Shown piece by piece: positions 1-21,000 of a stretch of DNA of 64,000 bases. The first letter of the stretch is position 1; each line of letters opens with the position of its first letter. The translations under genes and the position numbers were made by a program. A model generated the notes under the pieces. That model was given only the letters and a program-made list of their open reading frames with translations, ran no database searches and was not told where the DNA came from. Source of the stretch: Eledone cirrhosa (taxonomy: Eukaryota); assembly GCA_964016885.1 (NCBI GenBank), contig OZ024750.1, forward strand, positions 43,214,001 to 43,278,000, in the 5' to 3' direction.

Positions 1-3000
1 ACTCTAACTCACATCAACACACACACATACTTACACACTCTAACTCACATCAACACACACACATACTTACACACTCTAACTCACATCAACACACACACAT
101 ACTTACACACTCTAACTCACATCTACACACACACACATACTTACACACTCTAACTCACATCTACACACACACACATACTTACACACTCTAACTCACATCT
201 ACACACACACATACTTACACACTCTAACTCACATCAACACACACACATACTTACACACTTTAACACACATCTACACACACACACATACTTACACACTCTA
301 ACTCACATCTACACACACACATACTTACACACTCTAACTCACATCAACACACACACATACTTACACACTCTAACTCACATCTACAGACACACATACTTAC
401 ACACTCTAACTCACATCTACACACACACACATACTTACACACTCTAACTCACATCAACACACACACATACTTACACACTTTAACACACATCAACACACAC
501 ACACATACTTACACACTCTAACTCACATCTACACACACACATACTTACACACTCTAACTCACATCAACACGCACACATACTTACACACTCTAACTCACAT
601 CTACACACACACACATACTTACACACTCTAACTCACATCAACACACACACATACTTACACAGTCTAACTCACATCTACACACACACACATACTTACACAC
701 TCTAACTCACATCTACACACACACACATACTTACACACTCTAACTCACATCTACACACACACACATACTTACACACTCTAACTCACATCTACACACACAC
801 ACATACTTACACACTCTAACTCACATCAACCCACACACATACTTACACACTTTAACACACATCTACACACACACACATACTTGCACACTCTAACTCACAT
901 CTACACACACACATACTTACACACTCTAACTCACATCAACACACACACATACTTACACACTTTAACACACATCTACACACACACACATACTTACACACTC
1001 TAACACACATCTACACACACACACATACTTACACACTCTAACTCACATCTACACACACACATACTTACACACTCTAACTCACATCAACACACACACATAC
1101 TTACACACTTTAACACACATCTACACACACACACATACTAACACACTCTAACACACATCTACACACACACACATACTTACACACTCTAACTCACATCTAC
1201 ACACACGTACTTACACACTCTAACTCACATCTACACACACACATACTTACACACTCTAACTCACATCAACACACACACATACTTACACACTCTAACTCAC
1301 ATCTACACACACACATACTTACACACTCTAACACACATCTACACACACACACATACTTACACACTCTAACGCACATCTACACACACACATACTTACACAC
1401 TCTAACTCACATCTACACACACACACATACTTACACACTCTTACTCACATCTACACACACACATACTTACTTACACACTCTAACTCACATCTACACACAC
1501 ACATACTTACACACTCTAACTCACATCAACAGACACACATACTTACACACTCTAACTCACATCAACACACACACACATACTTACACACTCTAACTCACAT
1601 CTACACACACACACATACTTACACACTCTAACTCACATCTACACACACGCACATACTTACACACTCTAACTCACATCAACACACACACATACTTACACAC
1701 TCTAACTCACATCAACACACACACACATACTTACACACTCTAACTCACATCAACACACACACATACTTACACACTTTAACACACATCTACACACACACAG
1801 ATGCCTACACACTCTAACTCACATCTACACACACACATACTTACACACTCTAACTCACATCAACACACACACATACTTACACACTTTAACACACATCTAC
1901 ACACACACACATACTTACACACTCTAACACACATCTACACACATACTTACGCACTCTAACTCACATCTACACACACACATACTTACACACTCTAACTCAC
2001 ATCAACACACACACATACTTACACATTTTAACACACATCTACACACACACACATACTTACACACTCTAACACACATCTACACACACACATACTTACACAC
2101 TCTAACTCACATCTACACACACACATACTTACACACTCTAACTCACATCAACACACACACATACTTACACACTTTAACACACATCTACACACACACACAT
2201 ACTTACACACTCTAACACACATCTACATACACACATACTTACACACTCTAACTCACATCTACACACACACATACTTACACACTCTAACTCATATCAACAC
2301 ACACACATACTTACACACTTTAACACACATCTACACACACACACATACTTACACACTCTAACTCACATCTACACACACACATACTTACACACTCTAACTC
2401 ACATCAACACACACACATACTTACACACTTTGACACACATCTACACACACACACACATACTTACACACTCTAACACACATCTACACACATACTTACGCAC
2501 TCTAACTCACATCTACACACACACATACTTACACACTCTAACTCACATCAACACACACACACACTTACCCATTTTAACACAAATCTACACACACACACAT
2601 ACTTACACACTCTAACACACATCTACACACACACATACTTACACACTCTAACTCACATCTACACACACACATACTTACACACTCTAACTCACATCAACAC
2701 ACACACATACTTACACACTTTAACACACATCTACACACACACACATACTTACACACTCTAACACACATCTACACACACACATACTTACACACTCTAACTC
2801 ACATCTACACACACACATACTTACACACTCTAACTCACATCAACACACACACATACTTACACACTTTAACACACATCTACACACACACACATACTTACAC
2901 ACTCTAACTCACATCTACACACACACATACTTACACACTCTAACTCACATCAACACACACACATACTTACACACTTTAAGATACATTTACACACACACAC

Positions 3001-6000
3001 ATACTTACACACTCTAACTCACATCAACACACACACATACTTACACACTTTAACACACATCTACACACACACACATACTTACACACTCTAACACACATCT
3101 ACACACACACATACTTACACACTCTAACTCACATCTACACACACTACTTACACACTCTAACTCACATCAACACACACACATACTTACACATTCTAACTCA
3201 CATCAACACACACACATACTTACACACTCTAACTCACATCAACTACACACACATACTTACACACTCTAACTCACATCAACACACACACATACTTACACAC
3301 TCTAACTCACATCTACACACACACACATACTTACACACTCTAACTCACATCTACACACACACACATACTTACACACTCTAACTCACATCTACACACACGC
3401 ACATACTTACACACTCTAACTCACATCTACACACACACACATACTTAAACACTCTAACTCACATCTACACACACACATACTTACACACTCTAACACACAT
3501 CTACACACACACACATACTTACACACTCTAACACACATCTACACACACACATACTTACACACTCTAACTCACATCTACACACACGAACTTACACACTCTA
3601 ACTCACATCTACACACACACATACTTACACACTCTAACTCACATCAACACACACACATACTTACACACTCTAACTCACATCAACACACACACATACTTAC
3701 ACACTCTAACTCACATCAACACACACACATACTTACACACTCTAACTCACATCAACACACACACATACTTACACACTCTAACTCACATCTACACACACAC
3801 ACATACTTACACACTCTAACTCACATCTACACACACACACATACTTACACACTCTAACTCACATCTACACACACACATACTTACACACTCTAACTCACAT
3901 CAACACACACACATACTTACACACTTTAACACACATCTACACACACACACATACTTACACACTCTAACTCACATCTACACACACACATACTTACACACTC
4001 TAACTCACATCAACACACACACATACTTACACACTCTAACTCACATCTACACACACACATACTTACACACTCTAACTCACATCTACACACACACACATAC
4101 TTACACACTCTAACTCACATCAACACACACACATACTTACACACTTTAACACACATCAACACACACACACATACTTACACACTCTAACTCACATCTACAC
4201 ACACACATACTTACACACTCTAACTCACATCAACACGCACACATACTTACACACTCTAACTCACATCTACACACACACACATACTTACACACTCTAACTC
4301 ACATCAACACACACACATACTTACACAGTCTAACTCACATCTACACACACACACATACTTACACACTCTAACTCACATCTACACACACACACATACTTAC
4401 ACACTCTAACTCACATCTACACACACACACATACTTACACACTCTAACTCACATCTACACACACACACATACTTACACACTCTAACTCATATCAACCCAC
4501 ACACATACTTACACACTTTAACACACATCTACACACACACACATACTTGCACACTCTAACTCACATCTACACACACACATACTTACACACTCTAACTCAC
4601 ATCAACACACACACATACTTACACACTTTAACACACATCTACACACACACACATAGTTACACACTCTAACACACATCTACACACACACACATACTTACAC
4701 ACTCTAACTCACATCTACACACACACATACTTACACACTCTAACTCACATCAACACACACACATACTTACACACTTTAACACACATCTACACACACACAC
4801 ATACTAACACACTCTAACACACATCTACACACACACACATACTTACACACTCTAACTCACATCTACACACACGTACTTACACACTCTAACTCACATCTAC
4901 ACACACACATACTTACACACTCTAACTCACATCAACACACACACATACTTACACACTCTAACTCACATCTACACACACACATACTTACACACTCTAACAC
5001 ACATCTACACACACACACATACTTACACACTCTAACTCACATCTACACACACACACATACTTACACACTCTTACTCACATCTACACACACACATACTTAC
5101 TTACACACTCTAACTCACATCTACACACACACATACTTACACACTCTAACTCACATCAACAGACACACATACTTACACACTCTAACTCACATCAACACAC
5201 ACACACATACTTACACACTCTAACTCACATCTACACACACACACATACTTACACACTCTAACTCACATCTACACACACGCACATACTTACACACTCTAAC
5301 TCACATCAACACACACACATACTTACACACTCTAACTCACATCAACACACACACACATACTTACACACTCTAACTCACATCAACACACACACATACTTAC
5401 ACACTTTAACACACATCTACACACACACAGATGCCTACACACTCTAACTCACATCTACACACACACATACTTACACACTCTAACTCACATCAACACACAC
5501 ACATACTTACACACTTTAACACACATCTACACACACACACATACTTACACACTCTAACACACATCTACACACATACTTACGCACTCTAACTCACATCTAC
5601 ACACACACATACTTACACACTCTAACTCACATCAACACACACACATACTTACACATTTTAACACACATCTACACACACACACATACTTACACACTCTAAC
5701 ACACATCTACACACACACATACTTACACACTCTAACTCACATCTACACACACACATACTTACACACTCTAACTCACATCAACACACACACATACTTACAC
5801 ACTTTAACACACATCTACACACACACACATACTTACACACTCTAACACACATCTACATACACACATACTTACACACTCTAACTCACATCTACACACACAC
5901 ATACTTACACACTCTAACTCATATCAACACACACACATACTTACACACTTTAACACACATCTACACACACACACATACTTACACACTCTAACTCACATCT

Positions 6001-9000
6001 ACACACACACATACTTACACACTCTAACTCACATCAACACACACACATACTTACACACTTTGACACACATCTACACACACACACATACTTACACACTCTA
6101 ACACACATCTACACACATACTTACGCACTCTAACTCACATCTACACACACACATACTTACACACTCTAACTCACATCTACACACACACATACTTACACAC
6201 TCTAACTCACATCAACACACACACATACTTACACACTTTAACACACATCTACACACACACACATACTTACACACTCTAACACACATCTACACACACACAT
6301 ACTTACACACTCTAACTCACATCTACACACACACATACTTACACACTCTAACTCACATCAACACACACACATACTTACACACTTTAACACACATCTACAC
6401 ACACACACATACTTACACACTCTAACTCACATCTACACACACACATACTTACACACTCTAACTCACATCAACACACACACATACTTACACACTTTAACAC
6501 ACATCTACACACACACACATACTTACACACTCTAACTCACATCAACACACACACATACTTACACACTTTAACACACATCTACACACACACACATACTTAC
6601 ACACTCTAACACACATCTACACACACACATAATTACACACTCTAACTCACATCTACACACACGTACTTACACACTCTAACTCACATCAACACACACACAT
6701 ACTTACACACTCTAACTCACATCAACACACACACATACTTACACACTCTAACTCACATCAACACACACACTTACACACTCTAACTCACATCAACACACAC
6801 ACATACTTACACACTCTAACTCACATCTACACACACACACATACTTACACACTCTAACTCACATCTACACACACACACATACTTACACACTCTAACTCAC
6901 ATCTACACACACGCACATACTTACACACTCTAACTCACATCTACACACACACACATACTTAAACACTCTAACTCACATCTACACACACACATACTTACAC
7001 ACTCTAACACACATCTACACACACACACATACTTACACACTCTAACACACATCTACACACACACATACTTACACACTCTAACTCACATCTACACACACAC
7101 ACATACTTACGCACTCTAACTCACATCTACACACACACATACTTACTTACACACTCTAACTCACATCTACACACACACATACTTACACACTCTAACTCAC
7201 ATCAACAGACACACATACTTACACACTCTAACTCACATCAACACACACACACATACTTACACACTCTAACTCACATCTACACACACACACATACTTACAC
7301 ACTCTAATTCACATCTACACACACGCACATACTTACACACTCTAACTCACATCAACACACACACATACTTACACACTCTAACTCACATCAACACACACAC
7401 ACATACTTACACACTCTAACTCACATCAACACACACACATACTTACACACTTTAACACACATCTACACACACACAGATGCCTACACACTCTAACTCACAT
7501 CTACACACACACATACTTACACACTCTAACTCACATCAACACACACACATACTTACACACTTTAACACACATCTACACACACACACATACTTACACACTC
7601 TAACACACATCTACACACATACTTACGCACTCTAACTCACATCTACACACACACATACTTACAAACTCTAACTCACATCAACACACACACATACTTACAC
7701 ATTTTAACACACATCTACACACACACACATACCTACACACTCTAACACACATCTACACACACACATACTTACACACTCTAACTCACATCTACACACACAC
7801 ATACTTACACACTCTAACTCACATCAACACACACACATACTTACACAATTTAACACACATCTACACACACACACATACTTACACACTCTAACACACATCT
7901 ACACACACACATACTTACATACTCTAACTCACATCTACACACACACATACTTACACACTCTAACTCATATCAACACACACACATACTTACACACTTTAAC
8001 ACACATCTACACACACACACATACTTACACACTCTAACACACATCTACACACACACATACTTACACACTCTAACTCACATCTACACACACGTACTTACAC
8101 ACTCTAACTCACATCTACACACACACATACTTACACACTCTAACTCACATCAACACACACACATACTTACACACTCTAACTCACATCTACACACACACAT
8201 ACTTACACACTCTAACACACATCTACACACACACACATACTTACACACTCTAACACACATCTACACACACACATACTTACACACTCTAACTCACATCTAC
8301 ACACACACACATACTTACACACTCTTACTCACATCTACACACACACATACTTACTTACACACTCTAACTCACATCTACACACACACATACTTACACACTC
8401 TAACTCACATCAACAGACACACATACTTACACACTCTAACTCACATCAACACACACACACATACTTACACACTCTAACTCACATCTACACACACACACAT
8501 ACTTACACACTCTAACTCACATCTACACACACGCACATACTTACACACTCTAACTCACATCAACACACACACATACTTACACACTCTAACTCACATCAAC
8601 ACACACACACATACTTACACACTCTAACTCACATCAACACACACACATACTTTCACACTTTAACACACATCTACACACACACAGATGCCTACACACTCTA
8701 ACTCACATCTACACACACACATACTTACACACTCTAACTCACATCAACACACACACATACTTACACACTTTAACACACATCTACACACACACACATACTT
8801 ACACACTCTAACACACATCTACACACATACTTACGCACTCTAACTCACATCTACACACACACATACTTACACACTCTAACTCACATCAACACACACACAT
8901 ACTTACACATTTTAACACACATCTACACACACACACATACTTACACACTCTAACACACATCTACACACACACATACTTACACACTCTAACTCACATCTAC

Positions 9001-12000
9001 ACACACACATACTTACACACTCTAACTCACATCAACAAACACACATACTTACACACTTTAACACACATCTACACACACACACATACTTACACACTCTAAC
9101 ACACATCTACATACACACATACTTACACACTCTAACTCACATCTACACACACACATACTTACACACTCTAACTCATATCAACACACACATATACTTACAC
9201 ACTTTAACACACATCTACACACACACACATACTTACACACTCTAACTCACATCTACACACACACATACTTACACACTCTAACTCACATCAACACACACAC
9301 ATACTTACACACTTTAACACACATCTACACACACACACATACTTACACACTCTAACACACATCTACACACACACATACTTACACACTCTAACTCACATCT
9401 ACACACACGAACTTACACACTCTAACTCACATCTACACACACACATACTTACACACTCTAACTCACATCAACACACACACATACTTACACACTCTAACTC
9501 ACATCAACACACACACATACTTACACACTCTAACTCACATCAACACACACACATACTTACACACTCTAACTCACATCTACACACACACACATACTTACAC
9601 ACTCTAACTCACATCTACACACACACACATACTTACACACTCTAACTCACATCTACACACACGCACATACTTACACACTCTAACTCACATCTACACACAC
9701 ACACATACTTAAACACTCTAACTCACATCTACACACACACATACTTACACACTCTAACACACATCTACACACACACACATACTTACACACTCTAACACAC
9801 ATCTACACACACACATACTTACACACTCTAACTCACATCTACACACACACACATACTTACGCACTCTAACTCACATCTACACACACACATACTTACTTAC
9901 ACACTCTAACTCACATCTACACACGCACATACTTACACACTCTAACTCACATCAACAGACACACATACTTACACACTCTAACTCACATCAACACACACAC
10001 ACATACTTACACACTCTAACTCACATCTACACACACACACATACTTACACACTCTAATTCACATCTACACACACGCACATACTTACACACTCTAACTCAC
10101 ATCAACACACACACATACTTACACACTCTAACTCACATCAACACACACACACATACTTACACACTCTAACTCACATCAACACACACATATACTTACACAC
10201 TTTAACACACATCTACACACACACAGATGCCTACACACTCTAACTCACATCTACACACACACATACTTACACACTCTAACTCACATCAACACACACACAT
10301 ACTTACACACTTTAACACACATCTACACACACACACATACTTACACACTCTAACACACATCTACACACATACTTACGCACTCTAACTCACATCTACACAC
10401 ACACATACTTACAAACTCTAACTCACATCAACACACACACATACTTACACATTTTAACACACATCTACACACACACACATACCTACACACTCTAACACAC
10501 ATCTACACACAGACATACTTACACACTCTAACTCACATCTACACACACACATACTTACACACTCTAACTCACATCAACACACACACATACTTACACAATT
10601 TAACACACATCTACACACACACACATACTTACACACTCTAACACACATCTAGACACACACATACTTACATACTCTAACTCACATCTACACACACACATAC
10701 TTACACACTCTAACTCATATCAACACACACACATACTTACACACTTTAACACACATCTACACACACACACATACTTACACACTCTAACACACATCTACAC
10801 ACACACATACTTACACACTCTAACTCACATCTACACACACGTACTTACACACTCTAACTCACATCTACACACACACATACTTACACACTCTAACTCACAT
10901 CAACACACACACATACTTACACACTCTAACTCACATCTACACACACACATACTTACACACTCTAACACACATCTACACACACACACATACTTACACACTC
11001 TAACACACATCTACACACACACATACTTACACACTCTAACTCACATCTACACACACACACATACTTACACACTCTTACTCACATCTACACACACACATAC
11101 TTACTTACACACTCTAACTCACATCTACACACACACATACTTACACACTGTAACTCACATCAACAGACACACATACTTACACACTCTAACTCACATCAAC
11201 ACACACACACATACTTACACACTCTAACTCACATCTACACACACACACATACTTACACACTCTAACTCACATCTACACACACGCACATACTTACACACTC
11301 TAACTCACATCAACACACACACATACTTACACACTCTAACTCACATCAACACACACACACATACTTACACACTCTAACTCACATCAACACACACACATAC
11401 TTTCACACTTTAACACACATCTACACACACACAGATGCCTACACACTCTAACTCACATCTACACACACACATACTTACACACTCTAACTCACATCAACAC
11501 ACACACATACTTACACACTTTAACACACATCTACACACACACACATACTTACACACTCTAACACACATCTACACACATACTTACGCACTCTAACTCACAT
11601 CTACACACATACTTACACACTCTAACTCACATCAACACACACACATACTTACACATTTTAACACACATCTACACACACACACATACTTACACACTCTAAC
11701 ACACATCTACACACACACATACTTACACACTCTAACTCACATCTACACACACACATACTTACACACTCTAACTCACATCAACAAACACACATACTTACAC
11801 ACTTTAACACACATCTACACACACACACATACTTACACACTCTAACACACATCTACATACACACATACTTACACACTCTAACTCACATCTACACACACAC
11901 ATACTTACACATTCTAACTCATATCAACACACACATATACTTACACACTTTAACACACATCTACACACACACACATACTTACACACTCTAACTCACATCT

Positions 12001-15000
12001 ACACACACACATACTTACACACTCTAACTCACATCAACACACACACATACTTACACACTTTAACACACATCTACACACACACACATACTTACACACTCTA
12101 ACACACATCTACACACACACATACTTACACACTCTAACTCACATCTACACACACGAACTTACACACTCTAACTCACATCTACACACACACATACTTACAC
12201 ACTCTAACTCACATCAACACACACACATACTTACACACTCTAACTCACATCAACACACACACATACTTACACACTCTAACTCACATCAACACACACACAT
12301 ACTTACACACTCTAACTCACATCTACACACACACACATACTTACACACTCTAACTCACATCTACACACACACACATACTTACACACTCTAACTCACATCT
12401 ACACACACGCACATACTTACACACTCTAACTCACATCTACACACACACACATACTTAAACACTCTAACTCACATCTACACACACACATACTTACACACTC
12501 TAACACACATCTACACACACACACATACTTACACACTCTAACACACATCTACACACACACATACTTACACACTCTAACTCACATCTACACACACACACAT
12601 ACTTACGCACTCTAACTCACATCTACACACACACATACTTACTTACACACTCTAACTCACATCTACACACGCACATACTTACACACTCTAACTCACATCA
12701 ACAGACACACATACTTACACACTCTAACTCACATCAACACACACACACATACTTACACACTCTAACTCACATCTACACACACACACATACTTACACACTC
12801 TAATTCACATCTACACACACGCACATACTTACACACTCTAACTCACATCAACACACACACATACTTACACACTCTAACTCACATCAACACACACACACAT
12901 ACTTACACACTCTAACTCACATCAACACACACATATACTTACACACTTTAACACACATCTACACACACACAGATGCCTACACACTCTAACTCACATCTAC
13001 ACACACACATACTTACACACTCTAACTCACATCAACACACACACATACTTACACACTTTAACACACATCTACACACACACACATACTTACACACTCTAAC
13101 ACACATCTACACACATACTTACGCACTCTAACTCACATCTACACACACACATACTTACAAACTCTAACTCACATCAACACACACACATACTTACACATTT
13201 TAACACACATCTACACACACACACATACCTACACACTCTAACACACATCTACACACAGACATACTTACACACTCTAACTCACATCTACACACACACATAC
13301 TTACACACTCTAACTCACATCAACACACACACATACTTACACAATTTAACACACATCTACACACACACACATACTTACACACTCTAACACACATCTAGAC
13401 ACACACATACTTACATACTCTAACTCACATCTACACACACACATACTTACACACTCTAACTCATATCAACACACACACATACTTACACACTTTAACACAC
13501 ATCTACACACACACACATACTTACACACTCTAACACACATCTACACACACACATACTTACACACTCTAACTCACATCTACACACACGTACTTACACACTC
13601 TAACTCACATCTACACACACACATACTTACACACTCTAACTCACATCAACACACACACATACTTACACACTCTAACTCACATCTACACACACACATACTT
13701 ACACACTCTAACACACATCTACACACACACACATACTTACACACTCTAACACACATCTACACACACACATACTTACACACTCTAACTCACATCTACACAC
13801 ACACACATACTTACACACTCTTACTCACATCTACACACACACATACTTACTTACACACTCTAACTCACATCTACACACACACATACTTACACACTCTAAC
13901 TGACATCAACAGACACACATACTTACACACTCTAACTCACATCAACACACACACACATACTTACACACTCTAACTCACATCTACACACACACACATACTT
14001 ACACACTCTAACTCACATCTACACACACGCACATACTTACACACTCTAACTCACATCAACACACACACATACTTACACACTCTAACTCACATCAACACAC
14101 ACACACATACTTACACACTCTAACTCACATCAACACACACACATACTTTCACACTTTAACACACATCTACACACACACAGATGCCTACACACTCTAACTC
14201 ACATCTACACACACACATACTTACACACTCTAACTCACATCAACACACACACATACTTACACACTTTAACACACATCTACACACACACACATACTTACAC
14301 ACTCTAACACACATCTACACACATACTTACGCACTCTAACTCACATCTACACACACACATACTAACACACTCTAACTCACATCAACACACACACATACTT
14401 ACACATTTTAACACACATCTACACACACACACATACTTACACACTCTAACACACATCTACACACACACATACTTACACACTCTAACTCACATCTACACAC
14501 ACACATACTTACACACTCTAACTCACATCAACAAACACACATACTTACACACTTTAACACACATCTACACACACACACATACTTACACACTCTAACACAC
14601 ATCTACATACACACATACTTACACACTCTAACTCACATCTACACACACACATACTTACACACTCTAACTCATATCAACACACACACATACTTACACACTT
14701 TAACACACATCTACACACACACACATACTTACACACTCTAACTCACATCTACACACACACATACTTACACACTCTAACTCACATCAACACACACACATAC
14801 TTACACACTTTAACACACATCTACACACACACACATACTTACACACTCTAACACACATCTACACACACACATACTTACACACTCTAACTCACATCTACAC
14901 ACACGAACTTACACACTCTAACTCACATCTACACAAACACATACTTACACACTCTAACTCACATCAACACACACACATACTTACACACTCTAACTCACAT

Positions 15001-18000
15001 CAACACACACACATACTTACACACTCTAACTCACATCAACACACACACACATACTTACACACTCTAACTCACATCAACACACACACATACTTACACACTC
15101 TAACACACATCTACACACATACTTACGCACTCTAACTCACATCTACACACACACATACTTACAAACTCTAACTCACATCAACACACACACATACTTACAC
15201 ATTTTAACACACATCTACACACACACACATACCTACACACTCTAACACACATCTACACACAGACATACTTACACACTCTAACTCACATCTACACACACAC
15301 ATACTTACACACTCTAACTCACATCAACACACACACATACTTACACAATTTAACACACATCTACACACACACACATACTTACACACTCTAACACACATCT
15401 ACACACACACATACTTACATACTCTAACTCACATCTACACACACACATACTTACACACTCTAACTCATATCAACACACACACATACTTACACACTTTAAC
15501 ACACATCTACACACACACACATACTTACACACTCTAACACACATCTACACACACACACATACTTACGCACTCTAACTCACATCTACACACACACATACTT
15601 ACTTACACACTCTAACTCACATCTACACACGCACATACTTACACACTCTAACTCACATCAACAGACACACATACTTACACACTCTAACTCACATCAACAC
15701 ACACACACATACTTACACACTCTAACTCACATCTACACACACACACATACTTACACACTCTAATTCACATCTACACACACGCACATACTTACACACTCTA
15801 ACTCACATCAACACACACACATACTTACACACTCTAACTCACATCAACACACACACACATACTTACACACTCTAACTCACATCAACACACACATATACTT
15901 ACACACTTTAACACACATCTACACACACACAGATGCCTACACACTCTAACTCACATCTACACACACACATACTTACACACTCTAACTCACATCAACACAC
16001 ACACATACTTACACACTTTAACACACATCTACACACACACACATACTTACACACTCTAACACACATCTACACACATACTTACGCACTCTAACTCACATCT
16101 ACACACACACATACTTACAAACTCTAACTCACATCAACACACACACATACTTACACATTTTAACACACATCTACACACACACACATACCTACACACTCTA
16201 ACACACATCTACACACAGACATACTTACACACTCTAACTCACATCTACACACACACATACTTACACACTCTAACTCACATCAACACACACACATACTTAC
16301 ACAATTTAACACACATCTACACACACACACATACTTACACACTCTAACACACATCTACACACACACATACTTACATACTCTAACTCACATCTACACACAC
16401 ACATACTTACACACTCTAACTCATATCAACACACACACATACTTACACACTTTAACACACATCTACACACACACACATACTTACACACTCTAACACACAT
16501 CTACACACACACATACTTACACACTCTAACTCACATCTACACACACGTACTTACACACTCTAACTCACATCTACACACACACATACTTACACACTCTAAC
16601 TCACATCAACACACACACATACTTACACACTCTAACTCACATCTACACACACACATACTTACACACTCTAACACACATCTACACACACACACATACTTAC
16701 ACACTCTAACACACATCTACACACACACATACTTACACACTCTAACTCACATCTACACACACACACATACTTACACACTCTTACTCACATCTACACACAC
16801 ACATACTTACTTACACACTCTAACTCACATCTACACACACACATACTTACACACTCTAACTCACATCAACAGACACACATACTTACACACTCTAACTCAC
16901 ATCAACACACACACACATACTTACACACTCTAACTCACATCTACACACACACACATACTTACACACTCTAACTCACATCTACACACACGCACATACTTAC
17001 ACACTCTAACTCACATCAACACACACACATACTTACACACTCTAACTCACATCAACACACACACACATACTTACACACTCTAACTCACATCAACACACAC
17101 ACATACTTTCACACTTTAACACACATCTACACACACACAGATGCCTACACACTCTAACTCACATCTACACACACACATACTTACACACTCTAACTCACAT
17201 CAACACACACACATACTTACACACTTTAACACACATCTACACACACACACATACTTACACACTCTAACACACATCTACACACATACTTACGCACTCTAAC
17301 TCACATCTACACACACACATACTTACACACTCTAACTCACATCAACACACACACATACTTACACATTTTAACACACATCTACACACACACACATACTTAC
17401 ACACTCTAACACACATCTACACACACACATACTTACACACTCTAACTCACATCTACACACACACATACTTACACACTCTAACTCACATCAACAAACACAC
17501 ATACTTACACACTTTAACACACATCTACACACACACACATACTTACACACTCTAACACACATCTACATACACACATACTTACACACTCTAACTCACATCT
17601 ACACACACACATACTTACACACTCTAACTCATATCAACACACACACATACTTACACACTTTAACACACATCTACACACACACACATACTTACACACTCTA
17701 ACTCACATCTACACACACACATACTTACACACTCTAACTCACATCAACACACACACATACTTACACACTTTAACACACATCTACACACACACACATACTT
17801 ACACACTCTAACACACATCTACACACACACATACTTACACACTCTAACTCACATCTACACACACGAACTTACACACTCTAACTCACATCTACACACACAC
17901 ATACTTACACACTCTAACTCACATCAACACACACACATACTTACACACTCTAACTCACATCAACACACACACATACTTACACACTCTAACTCACATCAAC

Positions 18001-21000
18001 ACACACACATACTTACACACTCTAACTCACATCTACACACACACACATACTTACACACTCTAACTCACATCTACACACACACACATACTTACACACTCTA
18101 ACTCACATCTACACACACGCACATACTTACACACTCTAACTCACATCTACACACACACACATACTTAAACACTCTAACTCACATCTACACACACACATAC
18201 TTACACACTCTAACACACATCTACACACACACACATACTTACACACTCTAACACACATCTACACACACACATACTTACATACTCTAACTCACATCTACAC
18301 ACACACACATACTTACGCACTCTAACTCACATCTACACACACACATACTTACTTACACACTCTAACTTACATCTACACACACACATACTTACACACTCTA
18401 ACTCACATCAACAGACACACATACTTACACACTCTAACTCACATCAACACACACACACATACTTACACACTCTAACTCACATCTACACACACACACATAC
18501 TTACACACTCTAATTCACATCTACACACACGCACATACTTACACACTCTAACTCACATCAACACACACACATACTTACACACTCTAACTCACATCAACAC
18601 ACACACACATACTTACACACTCTAACTCACATCAACACACACATATACTTACACACTTTAACACACATCTACACACACACAGATGCCTACACACTCTAAC
18701 TCACATCTACACACACACATACTTACACACTCTAACTCACATCAACACACACACATACTTACACACTTTAACACACATCTACACACACACACATACTTAC
18801 ACACTCTAACACACATCTACACACATACTTACGCACTCTAACTCACATCTACACACACACATACTTACAAACTCTAACTCACATCAACACACACACATAC
18901 TTACACATTTTAACACACATCTACACACACACACATACCTACACACTCTAACACACATCTACACACAGACATACTTACACACTCTAACTCACATCTACAC
19001 ACACACATACTTACACACTCTAACTCACATCAACACACACACATACTTACACAATTTAACACACATCTACACACACACACATACTTACACACTCTAACAC
19101 ACATCTAGACACACACATACTTACATACTCTAACTCACATCTACACACACACATACTTACACACTCTAACTCATATCAACACACACACATACTTACACAC
19201 TTTAACACACATCTACACACACACACATACTTACACACTCTAACACACATCTACACACACACATACTTACACACTCTAACTCACATCTACACACACGTAC
19301 TTACACACTCTAACTCACATCTACACACACACATACTTACACACTCTAACTCACATCAACACACACACATACTTACACACTCTAACTCACATCTACACAC
19401 ACACATACTTACACACTCTAACACACATCTACACACACACACATACTTACACACTCTAACACACATCTACACACACACATACTTACACACTCTAACTCAC
19501 ATCTACACACACACACATACTTACACACTCTTACTCACATCTACACACACACATACTTACTTACACACTCTAACTCACATCTACACACACACATACTTAC
19601 ACACTCTAACTCACATCAACAGACACACATACTTACACACTCTAACTCACATCAACACACACACACATACTTACACACTCTAACTCACATCTACACACAC
19701 ACACATACTTACACACTCTAACTCACATCTACACACACGCACATACTTACACACTCTAACTCACATCAACACACACACATACTTACACACTCTAACTCAC
19801 ATCAACACACACACACATACTTACACACTCTAACTCACATCAACACACACACATACTTTCACACTTTAACACACATCTACACACACACAGATGCCTACAC
19901 ACTCTAACTCACATCTACACACAGACATACTTACACACTCTAACTCACATCAACACACACACATACTTACACACTTTAACACACATCTACACACACACAC
20001 ATACTTACACACTCTAACACACATCTACACACATACTTACGCACTCTAACTCACATCTACACACACACATACTTACACACTCTAACTCACATCAACACAC
20101 ACACATACTTACACATTTTAACACACATCTACACACACACACATACTTACACACTCTAACACACATCTACACACACACATACTTACACACTCTAACTCAC
20201 ATCTACACACACACATACTTACACACTCTAACTCACATCAACAAACACACATACTTACACACTTTAACACACATCTACACACACACACATACTTACACAC
20301 TCTAACACACATCTACATACACACATACTTACACACTCTAACTCACATCTACACACACACATACTTACACACTCTAACTCATATCAACACACACACATAC
20401 TTACACACTTTAACACACATCTACACACACACAAATACTTACACACTCTAACTCACATCTACACACACACATACTTACACACTCTAACTCACATCTACAC
20501 ACACACATACTTACACACTTTAACACACATCTACACACACACACATACTTACACACTCTAACACACATCTACACACACACATACTTACACACTCTAACTC
20601 ACATCTACACACACGAACTTACACACTCTAACTCACATCTACACAAACACATACTTACACACTCTAACTCACATCAACACACACACATACTTACACACTC
20701 TAACTCACATCAACACACACACATACTTACACACTCTAACTCACATCAACACACACACATACTTACACACTCTAACTCACATCAACACACACACATACTT
20801 ACACACTCTAACTCACATCTACACACACACACATACTTACACACTCTAACTCACATCTACACACACACACATACTTACACACTCTAACTCACATCTACAC
20901 ACACACATACTTACACACTCTAACTCACATCAACACGCACACATACTTACACACTCTAACTCACATCTACACACACACACATACTTACACACTGTAACTC

